Source of the DNA: Candidatus Acidiferrum sp.
GTDB taxonomy: Archaea; Thermoproteota; Bathyarchaeia; 40CM-2-53-6
NCBI GenBank assembly: GCA_035638535.1
Contig: DASQZS010000167.1
Location: forward strand, 1-24,343
Length of the DNA: 24,343 nucleotides
Direction: 5' to 3'
Shown here piece after piece: positions 15,675 through 23,956 of the stretch (positions are counted from its first letter, which is position 1; each line of letters starts with the position of its first letter). The translations under genes were made by a program, and so were the position numbers. The notes beneath the pieces were generated by a model, which saw nothing but the letters and a program-made list of their open reading frames with translations, did no database searches and was not told the origin of the DNA.

Positions 15675-16451
15675 TTACCAGTGGCGATGACGGTAGTACC
15701 AGTGGTAATAGTAGTTGCCGTTGGACCTGTACATGCTATAGTAATAGTAGCCCGGGTATGAGCAACTCCCGCCAATGTACGAGTATCCAAGTGGACAGTA
15801 AGCGTAGTAATTGTTGTAATTATTGTAGTTGCTAGAGTAGCTCGGTGGATAGCAACTGCCCACGTAAGAAGAACTCGGCGAACAGTAACCATTGTTATAG
15901 TTTGGTCCATTGTTATAGTACGACCCGTTGTTGTAGTTCGGCGGATAACAATTTCCTCCCACGTATGAATATCCGGGTTGGCAGGAGCTGTAACTGTTTT
16001 GGTAATTTTGGTTGTAGCCGCCGCCATCAATCGTGACCGTCTGCGAGGTGGTTGCTAACGGCGATGATCCATTGTTACCGAATGCGGTATTGTAGATTGA
16101 CACAGAGATTTGTATGGTATGTCCCTGAATCGTCGTTGGTAAAAAGAAGTTGAGTTGGCCGTTGAAGTTGCCACTCCCCGTAGAGCTGAGGCCGGTGTTG
16201 ATTGAACCTAGATCTGTATTCGTTGTTGTATCGTATGCATCACCTGCAGCAAAGAGTTGCCCGCTGTAGGAACACGTTGCGGAAACAGGTACTGTCATCT
16301 CAATATTCGGATTATAGTATGATGAAATCGCTGGGTAACTGACTTGTGCTACGCATGGGGATTGGGCAAACACTTGACCGTTACTCGTTGCAAATGTTGC
16401 CATCACAAGGAAGAAGGCGAAGACTATTAGTGCGAAATTCTGCGTTTTCAT
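15675..16451 (-). CDS. Secreted protein: Ig-like domain plus Tyr/Asn/Gly-rich tail with three Cys-hairpin modules
   Basis: Signal peptide MKTQNFALIVFAFFLVMA; beta-rich domain; C-x2-GYSY[VI]GGxC repeats; aromatic/basic C-terminus; SD GAGGTGA at 16462-16468 (minus). Confidence 0.82.
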   Translation of the reverse strand: MKTQNFALIVFAFFLVMATFATSNGQVFAQSPCVAQVSYPAISSYYNPNIEMTVPVSATCSYSGQLFAAGDAYDTTTNTDLGSINTGLSSTGSGNFNGQLNFFLPTTIQGHTIQISVSIYNTAFGNNGSSPLATTSQTVTIDGGGYNQNYQNSYSSCQPGYSYVGGNCYPPNYNNGSYYNNGPNYNNGYCSPSSSYVGSCYPPSYSSNYNNYNNYYAYCPLGYSYIGGSCSYPGYYYYSMYRSNGNYYYHWYYRHRHW

Positions 16452-16474
16452 AACTCGGTTATCACCTCGTCGGC

Positions 16475-16517
16475 ACTACACTCTGTAGTTACCTCATCTT
16501 AAACTACGTTGTGTAGT
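16475..16517. promoter_or_regulatory. Tandem operator-like palindromes ACTAC-N5-GTAGT x2
   Basis: ACTACactctGTAGT (16475-16489) and ACTACgttgtGTAGT (16503-16517), 28 bp apart, just downstream of a minus-strand TTATAT at 16521-16526. Confidence 0.7.
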
Positions 16518-16716
16518 TGGATATAACTAAAGCGGAATAGGTTGGGGGTAGGTAATTTTGCCTTCGAGATACAGATTTTGAACTGGCCACGCCCAAGACT
16601 ATGGCTCAATAATTGCTCTTATTGATTCGTAAAGCGTAACGCTGCCTGCTTCGTCTTTGCATCTCTTCTGCAGGTAATAATAGGAAAGGCTTATTCAATT
16701 CAAAGAATTCAGCGTA

Positions 16717-17499
16717 GTGAAGAATAACACAGAGCGGAGATTTGTGACTATGAGTCAAAGTTCATCGATGGATCTTCTAGAGCTGTACAATTCTTTGAAG
16801 GCAAAGCGATGGGTCGATTTGACTCATTCGTTCGCTCCGGGAATTCCTCATTGGTATGGATTTCCGGATGAAGAGCGCCAGACGCTCTTCTATTATGATG
16901 AGGGTGTTGGAAGTATTGGCTCGTCAATCTTTATCCAGAAATATTCACATGTTGGGCAATGGGGCACTCATGTTGATCCACCTGCCCACTTCGTGAAAGG
17001 CACTAGGACCCTAGATGAGATCGATGTCAAAGAAATGATTCTCCCTCTCGCGGTAATTGACGTTCACGAGGAAGCAGCTAAGAACGCTGATTATTCAGTC
17101 ACGATGGATGATGTCAAGGCTTGGGAGAGCCGACACGGATTGATCCCTGAGGGTTGTTTCGTCGCTTTGCGAACTGACTGGTCGAAGCGTTGGCCCGATG
17201 CTCGGGCAATGGAGAACAAGGATTCATCTGGTTTGGAACATTTCCCTGGTTGGAACATACCTGTGTTGAAGTATCTTTTCGAACAACGTAAAATTACAGC
17301 ATGCGGGCACGAGACAACAGATAACGCTCCGAACGACTTAGATGTCGAGCGCTATGTTCTCAGCACAGACCACTATCAGATCGAGTTACTGAAGGATCTG
17401 GATCAAGTGCCAGAGTCCGGCGCGTTGATCGTGGCAGCCTTTCCGAAACCAAAGAAAGGCAGTGGTTTTCCAGCACGAGTCTTTGCCATCCTACCATAA
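16717..17499 (+). CDS. Cyclase-family metal-dependent amidohydrolase (kynurenine formamidase/isatin hydrolase-like)
   Basis: WVDLTH, GQWGTHVDPPAHF (HxGTHxDxPxH variant), LRTDWS, GHET and QIELL motifs. Likely start ATG 16750. Confidence 0.92.
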   Translation: MKNNTERRFVTMSQSSSMDLLELYNSLKAKRWVDLTHSFAPGIPHWYGFPDEERQTLFYYDEGVGSIGSSIFIQKYSHVGQWGTHVDPPAHFVKGTRTLDEIDVKEMILPLAVIDVHEEAAKNADYSVTMDDVKAWESRHGLIPEGCFVALRTDWSKRWPDARAMENKDSSGLEHFPGWNIPVLKYLFEQRKITACGHETTDNAPNDLDVERYVLSTDHYQIELLKDLDQVPESGALIVAAFPKPKKGSGFPARVFAILP

Positions 17500-17555
17500 T
17501 GTACGTCTTCAGAAGTAATCGACTTGCTGAAGAGTGTTTGAGCGAAATTCTCCTC

Positions 17556-18215
17556 CTATTTTGTTAGGGTGTGCATTCGGTGATGCCAATCACGGAGTAA
17601 AGTGAATTGTGTAGGAATGTTGTTGCCTGAGACTTTCAGCGGATGTAGCGCTCCGTACAATGCGAAGTCGGCCAGACTTGGATGTGGTCCTAGCAGGAAA
17701 TCTTGTGTACAGAGCAGGTCTTGTGAGAGGTTGCAGATTTCTTTCACGCCAGCTAGCAGTTCATGTTTCCGAAGGTTGAATATTTCAATAGGACCACGTT
17801 TGGCTTCTTGGAGTTCGATGAAGATCCAACGTTCTTGTGGATTATGAAATATTTTTGGAAGATCTGGCAGAACGTAGTTCCATATCCTGTCTTCAACCAC
17901 GTTATGCGCCCAATGCTCGATAATTCTACTTCTGGCTCGCGTCTCTTTCGGGTCTTCTCCTGGATATATGGTCGGTTTGGGTTTCGTTTTCTCCGCCCAG
18001 TCAGCTATATGAGGCCAAGTGACACCTTTTCCATTTGGGAGCCAAAGATAGGGAACGTAATCTTGCCCGCTAGCTTCAATAACTTCATGATGATCGCCTT
18101 CAGGCACATTCACAAGCTCGAACGAGATTTGTTTATAGCGTAAAATCGCCCGAGCTTTCTCACAGTAATGGCTGGGTTTCTGATAGTAGAGCCGAGGCGT
18201 TTTCAACTGGATCAA
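17556..18215 (-). CDS. Glutathione S-transferase-fold protein (GST N-domain + helical C-domain)
   Basis: SHYCEKARAILRYKQI, VPYL cis-Pro and FLLGPHPSLADFALYG N-capping box. Confidence 0.88.
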   Translation of the reverse strand: MIQLKTPRLYYQKPSHYCEKARAILRYKQISFELVNVPEGDHHEVIEASGQDYVPYLWLPNGKGVTWPHIADWAEKTKPKPTIYPGEDPKETRARSRIIEHWAHNVVEDRIWNYVLPDLPKIFHNPQERWIFIELQEAKRGPIEIFNLRKHELLAGVKEICNLSQDLLCTQDFLLGPHPSLADFALYGALHPLKVSGNNIPTQFTLLRDWHHRMHTLTK

Positions 18216-18305
18216 ATGCTATGATTTCAATCGCTATCAAAAAAACAGATCGGATTGTTTGGGCTAGTGTTCTTAGATTAGGATAGGAAAAATGAGCATG
18301 ATTCG

Positions 18306-18755
18306 TTATGGTTGATTTTCTCGGAGCCGTGTTTCGATGTATTCAGCCACTTTCTCTTCGCTGTAATTCTTCTCTTCCCGTTGTTTTCTGAGTTGTTCTC
18401 TGATCGAGTTTATGAGTACGTCGATTTTTACGGGTTTGGTTATGTAATCGTTCGCGCCCTTCTTAACAGCTGCGATGGCATTTTGCACTTCTGGAAATCC
18501 TGTTACGATGATCTTTCGCATCTTGGGCGTGGTTTCCTCTAGTTCAGAGAGGAGCTGTGTGCCTTCCATGTCTGGTAGGTGGATGTCGATAATTGCTAGA
18601 TTGTATACATTTGTCTTGGATTTCTCTATGGCTTCTTTTCCGTTACTCGCGGTGTCTGTTACATAGGATTCATCATTAAGTGCAGTTGTGATGACTTTGC
18701 GTATTCCTTCATCATCGTCTATGACTAGTATCCGGGCTTTGACATTTTTACTCAA
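18306..18755 (-). CDS. Stand-alone response regulator receiver protein
   Basis: ILVIDDD, IIDIHLPDMEG (phospho-Asp), IVTG and DYITKP; overlaps the kinase stop by 8 nt. Confidence 0.95.
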   Translation of the reverse strand: MSKNVKARILVIDDDEGIRKVITTALNDESYVTDTASNGKEAIEKSKTNVYNLAIIDIHLPDMEGTQLLSELEETTPKMRKIIVTGFPEVQNAIAAVKKGANDYITKPVKIDVLINSIREQLRKQREEKNYSEEKVAEYIETRLRENQP

Positions 18756-21072
18756 TCTGACTCACCTCCGAAGCTGTCCTGATTGGAATCGTGACAGTGA
18801 AAGTTGAACCCTTGCCGAGCGTCGTTTCTACGGAAAGTGTACCGCCATGCGCTTCAATGAATCGCTTGCAGATTGGCAATCCTAAACCCATTCCTTTGGA
18901 TTTGGTTGTAAAGAGCGTATTCCAAAGCTTTACTAAATTATCTCGTGAGATTCCGATGCCTGTATCGGTCACTCGAATTGAAACTAGATCATTTTCCTTC
19001 GTGCTGGATATTGACAAGATTCCACCGTCGGGCATGGCGTCAACCGCATTCTGGATGAGATTCGTAATGACACGATTCATCTTAGATTCGTCTGCAAGAA
19101 TTTCAAAATCGTTCAGCATTACATCTTCTATTCTTATGTTGTCTGGGATCTTTGCGTTGGTGAGTGCTTGTTTGACGATCGATTTCGTTGTGGTAGGCAG
19201 CAGATGGATTTGTGCCTCTCGTGAGAAATCCAGTAGGTCATTTACAATTCGATTGGCGTACTGTATTCCGTTATCGATTACTCCAAGCATGTCAGTGACT
19301 GAAGGGTCGGATGCTGCTCCAAGATGTTTCCGTATGTTATATGCTGCTCCGGAGATTCCCTGCAAGGGGTTACGCAAATCGTGTCCAACCATCGTTGCGG
19401 TCTCCCCAATTGTAGCCAGACGTTGTGATCTGAGGAGGATCTCTCTCAATTTCTTTTCTGGTGTCAGGTCGACTATGCAGACTAATACCTTCGCGAGCGT
19501 TTCCTCGTATCCAGGAACTACGCGGCATAACACATTCACGTGTATTGTTTCACCGTTTAGAGTCTTGTTCTCAATTTTGCTACTAAATTGGGTTGTGCCT
19601 TCTGCTAATGAGATGAGTTCATCTCGGAATGTGCTAATTGATTGATTGGTTATGATGTGTTGCAATCCGTTAACAATTTCTTGGATGCCTTTCGCGTTGT
19701 ACAGTTTGAGAGTGGCTTCATTCACTCTGAGAATCTTTACCATGCCGGCGCATTTTATGACTTCATCAGGGTAATCGGTGAAATGTTTTTTGAAATCAGA
19801 AATTCCTTTGAGTTGCAATTCGTTAATGTATTCTTTGACAGAAGAGAAATCTTCTTCCCAGAGTGAGATTGGACAGGCTTCAAAGAGTTCATGAAATTTT
19901 TCCTCTGACATTCTGCGATCGGTTACATCTATCCAGTAACCGACTACGTCTCGGACTTGATTTTGCTCATCACGAATGATTCTCTCTTCTTCACGAATCC
20001 AACGATATTTTCCGTCTCTATGGAGGAATCTGTACTCAAACGCATGTTGTCCGTCCCTCCAGAGCGCAGGTACCTCATCTTGATATTTTTGGAAATCTTC
20101 AGGTGGCACGCGGCTTTTCCAAAACTTAGATCCCGATACGCCAAGGAGTTGTTCAGCTTCAAATCCTACTACCGATTTAACGGTCTTGCTGATGTAGGTT
20201 CCGATAAAGTCAGACTGATCAGGGAGAGGTTTGCCGACATAGATTACGGCGGGATTGGAAAAAACAGCGTACTCTAATTGTTCCTTAGTCGAACGATATT
20301 CGTCTTCCATTTGCTTCTTTTCTGAAATATCACTCATGTATCCGACAACATCATTCGCGTTACCGTCTTCGTCTCGGATTACTCGCTGTTCTTCACGTAT
20401 CCAACGATATTTCCCGTCTTTATGCAGAAATCTGTACTCATACGTCTGATGCCCGTCTCTCCAGAGGGTGCTCATGTTTGCTCTGTATTTTGGCAGGTCA
20501 TCGGGATGGACATGACTTTTCCAGAATTCCTCTCCAGACTCTCCAATGAAATCTGCAGGTGCGAATCCCAGAAGTGAAGCGACACTTTCGCTTACGAAAG
20601 TCGACATCAGAGCCGAGCGATCGGGATGAGGTTTCTCAATTAATACGACTGCTGGATTATAGGAGACAACAAATTCCAATCGTTCTCGCGCGGAACGAGA
20701 AGAATCATCCATCTTTTTCCTTTGCGTAACATCAGACAGCAGTCCATACGTGTACCGAATACCTCCTTCGTAAAGCGACACGGCCCGCTCCTGAATCCAA
20801 ATCCATTCTCCGTCCTTGCGCTGAATTCGATATTCAATGTCGTACTTTCTGTCCTCTGAGAATGATTCTTCTAATGCTTTCCTCATAATCGGGAGATCAC
20901 TACGAGCGATTACCTCTTCAGGAGTGAATCCTAGTAGTTTCGCTACATTCGGGCCTATGTACACCACTTGTTTTTCGCGCATTACCCACATCACGTCAGG
21001 TATGTTCGCGAGAGCACGGGATAACTCCTCGTCTTTAACTGATGTGAGGATCTTGTCTTCGATAGCGTGCAA
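18748..21072 (-). CDS. Cytoplasmic multi-PAS sensor histidine kinase
   Basis: About four PAS/PAC domains (EYRxxxKDG..WI.E); H-box GHDLRNPL, N-box NLIQNAVDAM, G1 DTGIG, F/G2 FTTKSKGMGLGL; no TM. TTG start. Confidence 0.96.
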   Translation of the reverse strand: MHAIEDKILTSVKDEELSRALANIPDVMWVMREKQVVYIGPNVAKLLGFTPEEVIARSDLPIMRKALEESFSEDRKYDIEYRIQRKDGEWIWIQERAVSLYEGGIRYTYGLLSDVTQRKKMDDSSRSARERLEFVVSYNPAVVLIEKPHPDRSALMSTFVSESVASLLGFAPADFIGESGEEFWKSHVHPDDLPKYRANMSTLWRDGHQTYEYRFLHKDGKYRWIREEQRVIRDEDGNANDVVGYMSDISEKKQMEDEYRSTKEQLEYAVFSNPAVIYVGKPLPDQSDFIGTYISKTVKSVVGFEAEQLLGVSGSKFWKSRVPPEDFQKYQDEVPALWRDGQHAFEYRFLHRDGKYRWIREEERIIRDEQNQVRDVVGYWIDVTDRRMSEEKFHELFEACPISLWEEDFSSVKEYINELQLKGISDFKKHFTDYPDEVIKCAGMVKILRVNEATLKLYNAKGIQEIVNGLQHIITNQSISTFRDELISLAEGTTQFSSKIENKTLNGETIHVNVLCRVVPGYEETLAKVLVCIVDLTPEKKLREILLRSQRLATIGETATMVGHDLRNPLQGISGAAYNIRKHLGAASDPSVTDMLGVIDNGIQYANRIVNDLLDFSREAQIHLLPTTTKSIVKQALTNAKIPDNIRIEDVMLNDFEILADESKMNRVITNLIQNAVDAMPDGGILSISSTKENDLVSIRVTDTGIGISRDNLVKLWNTLFTTKSKGMGLGLPICKRFIEAHGGTLSVETTLGKGSTFTVTIPIRTASEVSQIE

Positions 21073-21344
21073 GGTGAACTACCTGAAATGATATTTGGTT
21101 AATTTTTGAAAGATGTAATGTTCCAACAGTCGTCAAAGTCGAGTAACAGACTGGTCAGGCTAATTAGAAAGAATTTCTTAGCTTAGCAAAAACTTAGGCT
21201 TCGCAAGAATTTGTTAGGGCCAAATTCTGATACCGGTAAGGTTACAGAGATGCTATTCACGCCGTGTTATAGGGAGGCTCGGTGTATGATTCCCCATTTC
21301 CGACTGAAATCCAGAAACAGTTGTGTGAAATTTGAGTTCTGTCT

Positions 21345-21743
21345 TCAGTTCTTTGTCTTTGTCTTCTCCATTGCTTTCCCAGCATACCTGGCTATGAGGA
21401 AGACAACTACGGCAACGATTAGGAAGTCGATTATGACACTTACGAAGTCGCCTATCGCAAAATTCATTCCTTCTCCAATCGGTATTGTCAAAGTGGCATT
21501 TTTCCAATTGCCGCCAGGAATGAGAGCCCCTGGAACAGGCATTATAATGTCTTGGACGAGAGCTGAGACTACTTTCCCGATATACGTTCCCATAATGAAG
21601 CCAACGGCTAATCCTAATACTCCAGCCTTACCGATGAATTCCATGAATTCAGCCCGAATCCCTTTCGGCGGAGGGGGCGCAGGTTTCGGTGTGACAGCCT
21701 CTCGAATTTTTCTTAGCTCTTCCAAAATTTCTTGATCAGACAT
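21345..21743 (-). CDS. mscL: Large-conductance mechanosensitive channel
   Basis: EFMEFIGKAGVLGLAVGFIMG...VSALVQDIIMP (TM1) and GDFVSVIIDFLIVAVVVFLI (TM2). Confidence 0.93.
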   Translation of the reverse strand: MSDQEILEELRKIREAVTPKPAPPPPKGIRAEFMEFIGKAGVLGLAVGFIMGTYIGKVVSALVQDIIMPVPGALIPGGNWKNATLTIPIGEGMNFAIGDFVSVIIDFLIVAVVVFLIARYAGKAMEKTKTKN

Positions 21744-21816
21744 AGATAATCACAATTGAGTTTTACAATATGAAATCGCTCTAATTACTATACGCCTTAC
21801 AGATGTGTTGTGAAAG

Positions 21817-22935
21817 TCACCGGTTGATTTCATTAACTAGCTCGTCGATTCGTTTGAGTCCTGCGCTGAGATAGTCTGCCGGAGATCCGTAACCTATACG
21901 TAGATATCGATCCATTCCGAAATGTGCGCCCGGTACCACGAGTGTTTTCTTTTCTTGCAAGAGCCGATTCGCGAATTGTTTCGAATTAATTTTCAGGTTA
22001 TATTTCAAGTAAGCTATGGCTCCGGCTTTTGGAGGAATAAAGCGGAAATGTTCATCGTTTCGATTTATCCATTCTGCGACCATTGGCAGATTTTGTTTTA
22101 GTATAGATCTGGTTCTTGTGAGTATTCTGTTTCGAGTATCCGGTTCCATTACTTTTGTGGCTACGTAGTCGCTAACCACGTTTGGCGCGATGGATGTGTA
22201 ATCATGGTTTGACCATAGCTTTGTCGCCATCTGCTTCTTAGTGGTTACCCAGCCGATTCTCAATCCTGGGAGTCCGTAGGCTTTTGATAAGCCACTGATC
22301 GCCAGCGCCTTATCATGATAATTCCATATGGACGGTGTAGTTTTTCCGTTAATTTCCGAGCCTTGGTATACTTCATCTGAGAGAATCCATGCGTTAACTT
22401 TCCTAGCTATTCCACATATTTCTTCTAGATGTTTCTCGTTCAGAGTAGCTCCGGTAGGATTGTTCGGATTACAAATCGCAATCACTTTCGTCTTCTTGTT
22501 GACTATTCGACTTAGAGCGGAGAAGTCGGGGATCCATTCGTTTCGTGATTCTATAAGCCTGAAAGTTTTCACTTTGGCTCCAAGGTTATTGGCAAGTCCA
22601 CAAATCTGCATGTAGTTTGGAATCATGAAGGCAACTTCACCTCTGTCTTGGAGAAGGCGCCATAAAGCGACGAAATTTGCTTCGGAACTCCCGTTCGTTA
22701 CGAGTATGTTGTCCTGATCTGCGTCTTCGTATATTGCAGCGATTCTCTTTCTCAGCTCTATCGTTCCATTGGTTTGCCCATATCCCAAAGACTTATCGAG
22801 TATCTCAGGCGCGTGACCTTCCATCACTTCTCTTATCGTTAGAGGATGTACTCCGCTTTCTGAGAGGTTGTATTCCACGTTGTTCTCCCATGTGGACTGC
22901 CAGCGTTCCATTTGGAATTCGTGAAATTTCGTCAA
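21817..22935 (-). CDS. PLP-dependent aminotransferase class I/II
   Basis: CNPNNPTG, SDEVY, SGLSKAYGLPGLRIGW (PLP Lys) and YLRIGY. TTG start. Confidence 0.95.
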   Translation of the reverse strand: MTKFHEFQMERWQSTWENNVEYNLSESGVHPLTIREVMEGHAPEILDKSLGYGQTNGTIELRKRIAAIYEDADQDNILVTNGSSEANFVALWRLLQDRGEVAFMIPNYMQICGLANNLGAKVKTFRLIESRNEWIPDFSALSRIVNKKTKVIAICNPNNPTGATLNEKHLEEICGIARKVNAWILSDEVYQGSEINGKTTPSIWNYHDKALAISGLSKAYGLPGLRIGWVTTKKQMATKLWSNHDYTSIAPNVVSDYVATKVMEPDTRNRILTRTRSILKQNLPMVAEWINRNDEHFRFIPPKAGAIAYLKYNLKINSKQFANRLLQEKKTLVVPGAHFGMDRYLRIGYGSPADYLSAGLKRIDELVNEINR

Positions 22936-23030
22936 CTAGGACCGAGGACGAAGAGATCTTGTGACCAAAGAAGGTTTTCGTCATCAAATAAGGAGTGGCT
23001 AACGGCTGCGAGATTTGTTGTTGTAGTCTG

Positions 23031-23579
23031 CTATGTTCGTCTGAGTGCTCCTCCTATGAGTCCACCGACTAGACATACGACTGCGTTTCCAAGAGCAAGC
23101 AGTGTTATGATCCCACCTGTGGATCCTTTGAGAAGGACTGCCAGGCCCGCTTGCCCAAGAAGGCTAACGATCGTAGCTCCAGCGACTAAAAGTATTATTG
23201 ATAAGATCACCGCGCCTCCAATCCCGGCAATCAATCCTGCGGCAGCACCACGGCCAGCACCTCGCGTGATAAGCCCAGCAACGAAACCAGCCATTAGGGC
23301 TCCGAAAATCGGTATGTATCCGAGCAAAATCAATAACAGAAATCCAGCTACTATCCCAAGACCAATACTACCTTTCGGTCTCGGTTGCGAGTATGGCGAT
23401 TGTCGAGGCTGCGAAACATTCTGAACTGGAGTTTGCGCGGTTTGTGGCGCGACGGTTGTTAAGCGCGTTCCACAATCTGGGCAAAACTTGGTTTCCGAAT
23501 GCTTCCCGCAGTTGGGACAGAACGGCAAATGCGGCTCACATTTACCTGTGGATTCGGCTGGAAATAATGCTTTCGACAA
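23031..23579 (-). CDS. N-terminal zinc ribbon plus Gly-rich multi-TM domain (DUF5518-like)
   Basis: CPNC...FCPDCG, Pro/Gln linker, then about four Gly-rich helices. Likely start TTG 23528. Confidence 0.8.
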   Translation of the reverse strand: MSKALFPAESTGKCEPHLPFCPNCGKHSETKFCPDCGTRLTTVAPQTAQTPVQNVSQPRQSPYSQPRPKGSIGLGIVAGFLLLILLGYIPIFGALMAGFVAGLITRGAGRGAAAGLIAGIGGAVILSIILLVAGATIVSLLGQAGLAVLLKGSTGGIITLLALGNAVVCLVGGLIGGALRRT

Positions 23580-23671
23580 GCTATATCGTCGATGGCGCTA
23601 CAGATTGAAAGTTTCTAATCAGTTCTTCTCTCAATTCGTTCCGTCATACCGAATTATTTGATGTGAAGCGT

Positions 23672-23938
23672 TTACTGATTCGGCCCGAAAATTTCATCGT
23701 GTAATTTATCGACGTCTTCCTTCGTGTTGATCTGCAATATTTTTCGGAACCGTTCTTTGATTCGACCTATGACCCACTGATTCCTTTCATTGCCGAGCTG
23801 GAGGAAGAATCCAGTGTTATGATTCCATCTAGGCGAAATGTTGTGCTGTCTCATATGTAAGATCAGTTCTTCTCGCGTAGGATCTCGATCAAGTGGTAAC
23901 TCCAAGTATTTCAAAAAGGATTTGCCCATGTAATCCAC
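23672..23938 (-). CDS. Hypothetical 88-aa soluble protein
   Basis: Starts 18 nt after the kinase stop, same strand, globular-looking composition; no recognised motif. Confidence 0.5.
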   Translation of the reverse strand: MDYMGKSFLKYLELPLDRDPTREELILHMRQHNISPRWNHNTGFFLQLGNERNQWVIGRIKERFRKILQINTKEDVDKLHDEIFGPNQ

Positions 23939-23956
23939 TTTCGATGCGTTATCCTG

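Noticed and set aside
15539-16030. 163-aa Thr-rich minus-strand ORF (and 13953..14429 on the plus strand)
   Set aside because: Alternative-frame readouts of Tyr/Asn/Gly low-complexity coding regions.
18584-18591. Isolated TGTCGATA half-site
   Set aside because: Single copy inside the receiver CDS with no inverted partner; expected by chance.
18791-19645. 284-aa plus-strand ORF
   Set aside because: Antisense shadow of the conserved histidine kinase core.
21211-21735. 174-aa plus ORF and 84-aa minus ORF (21253..21507)
   Set aside because: Both overlap mscL, which has clear family signatures.
22912-23424. 170-aa Pro/Ala-rich plus-strand ORF
   Set aside because: Antisense readout of the Gly-rich TM gene.
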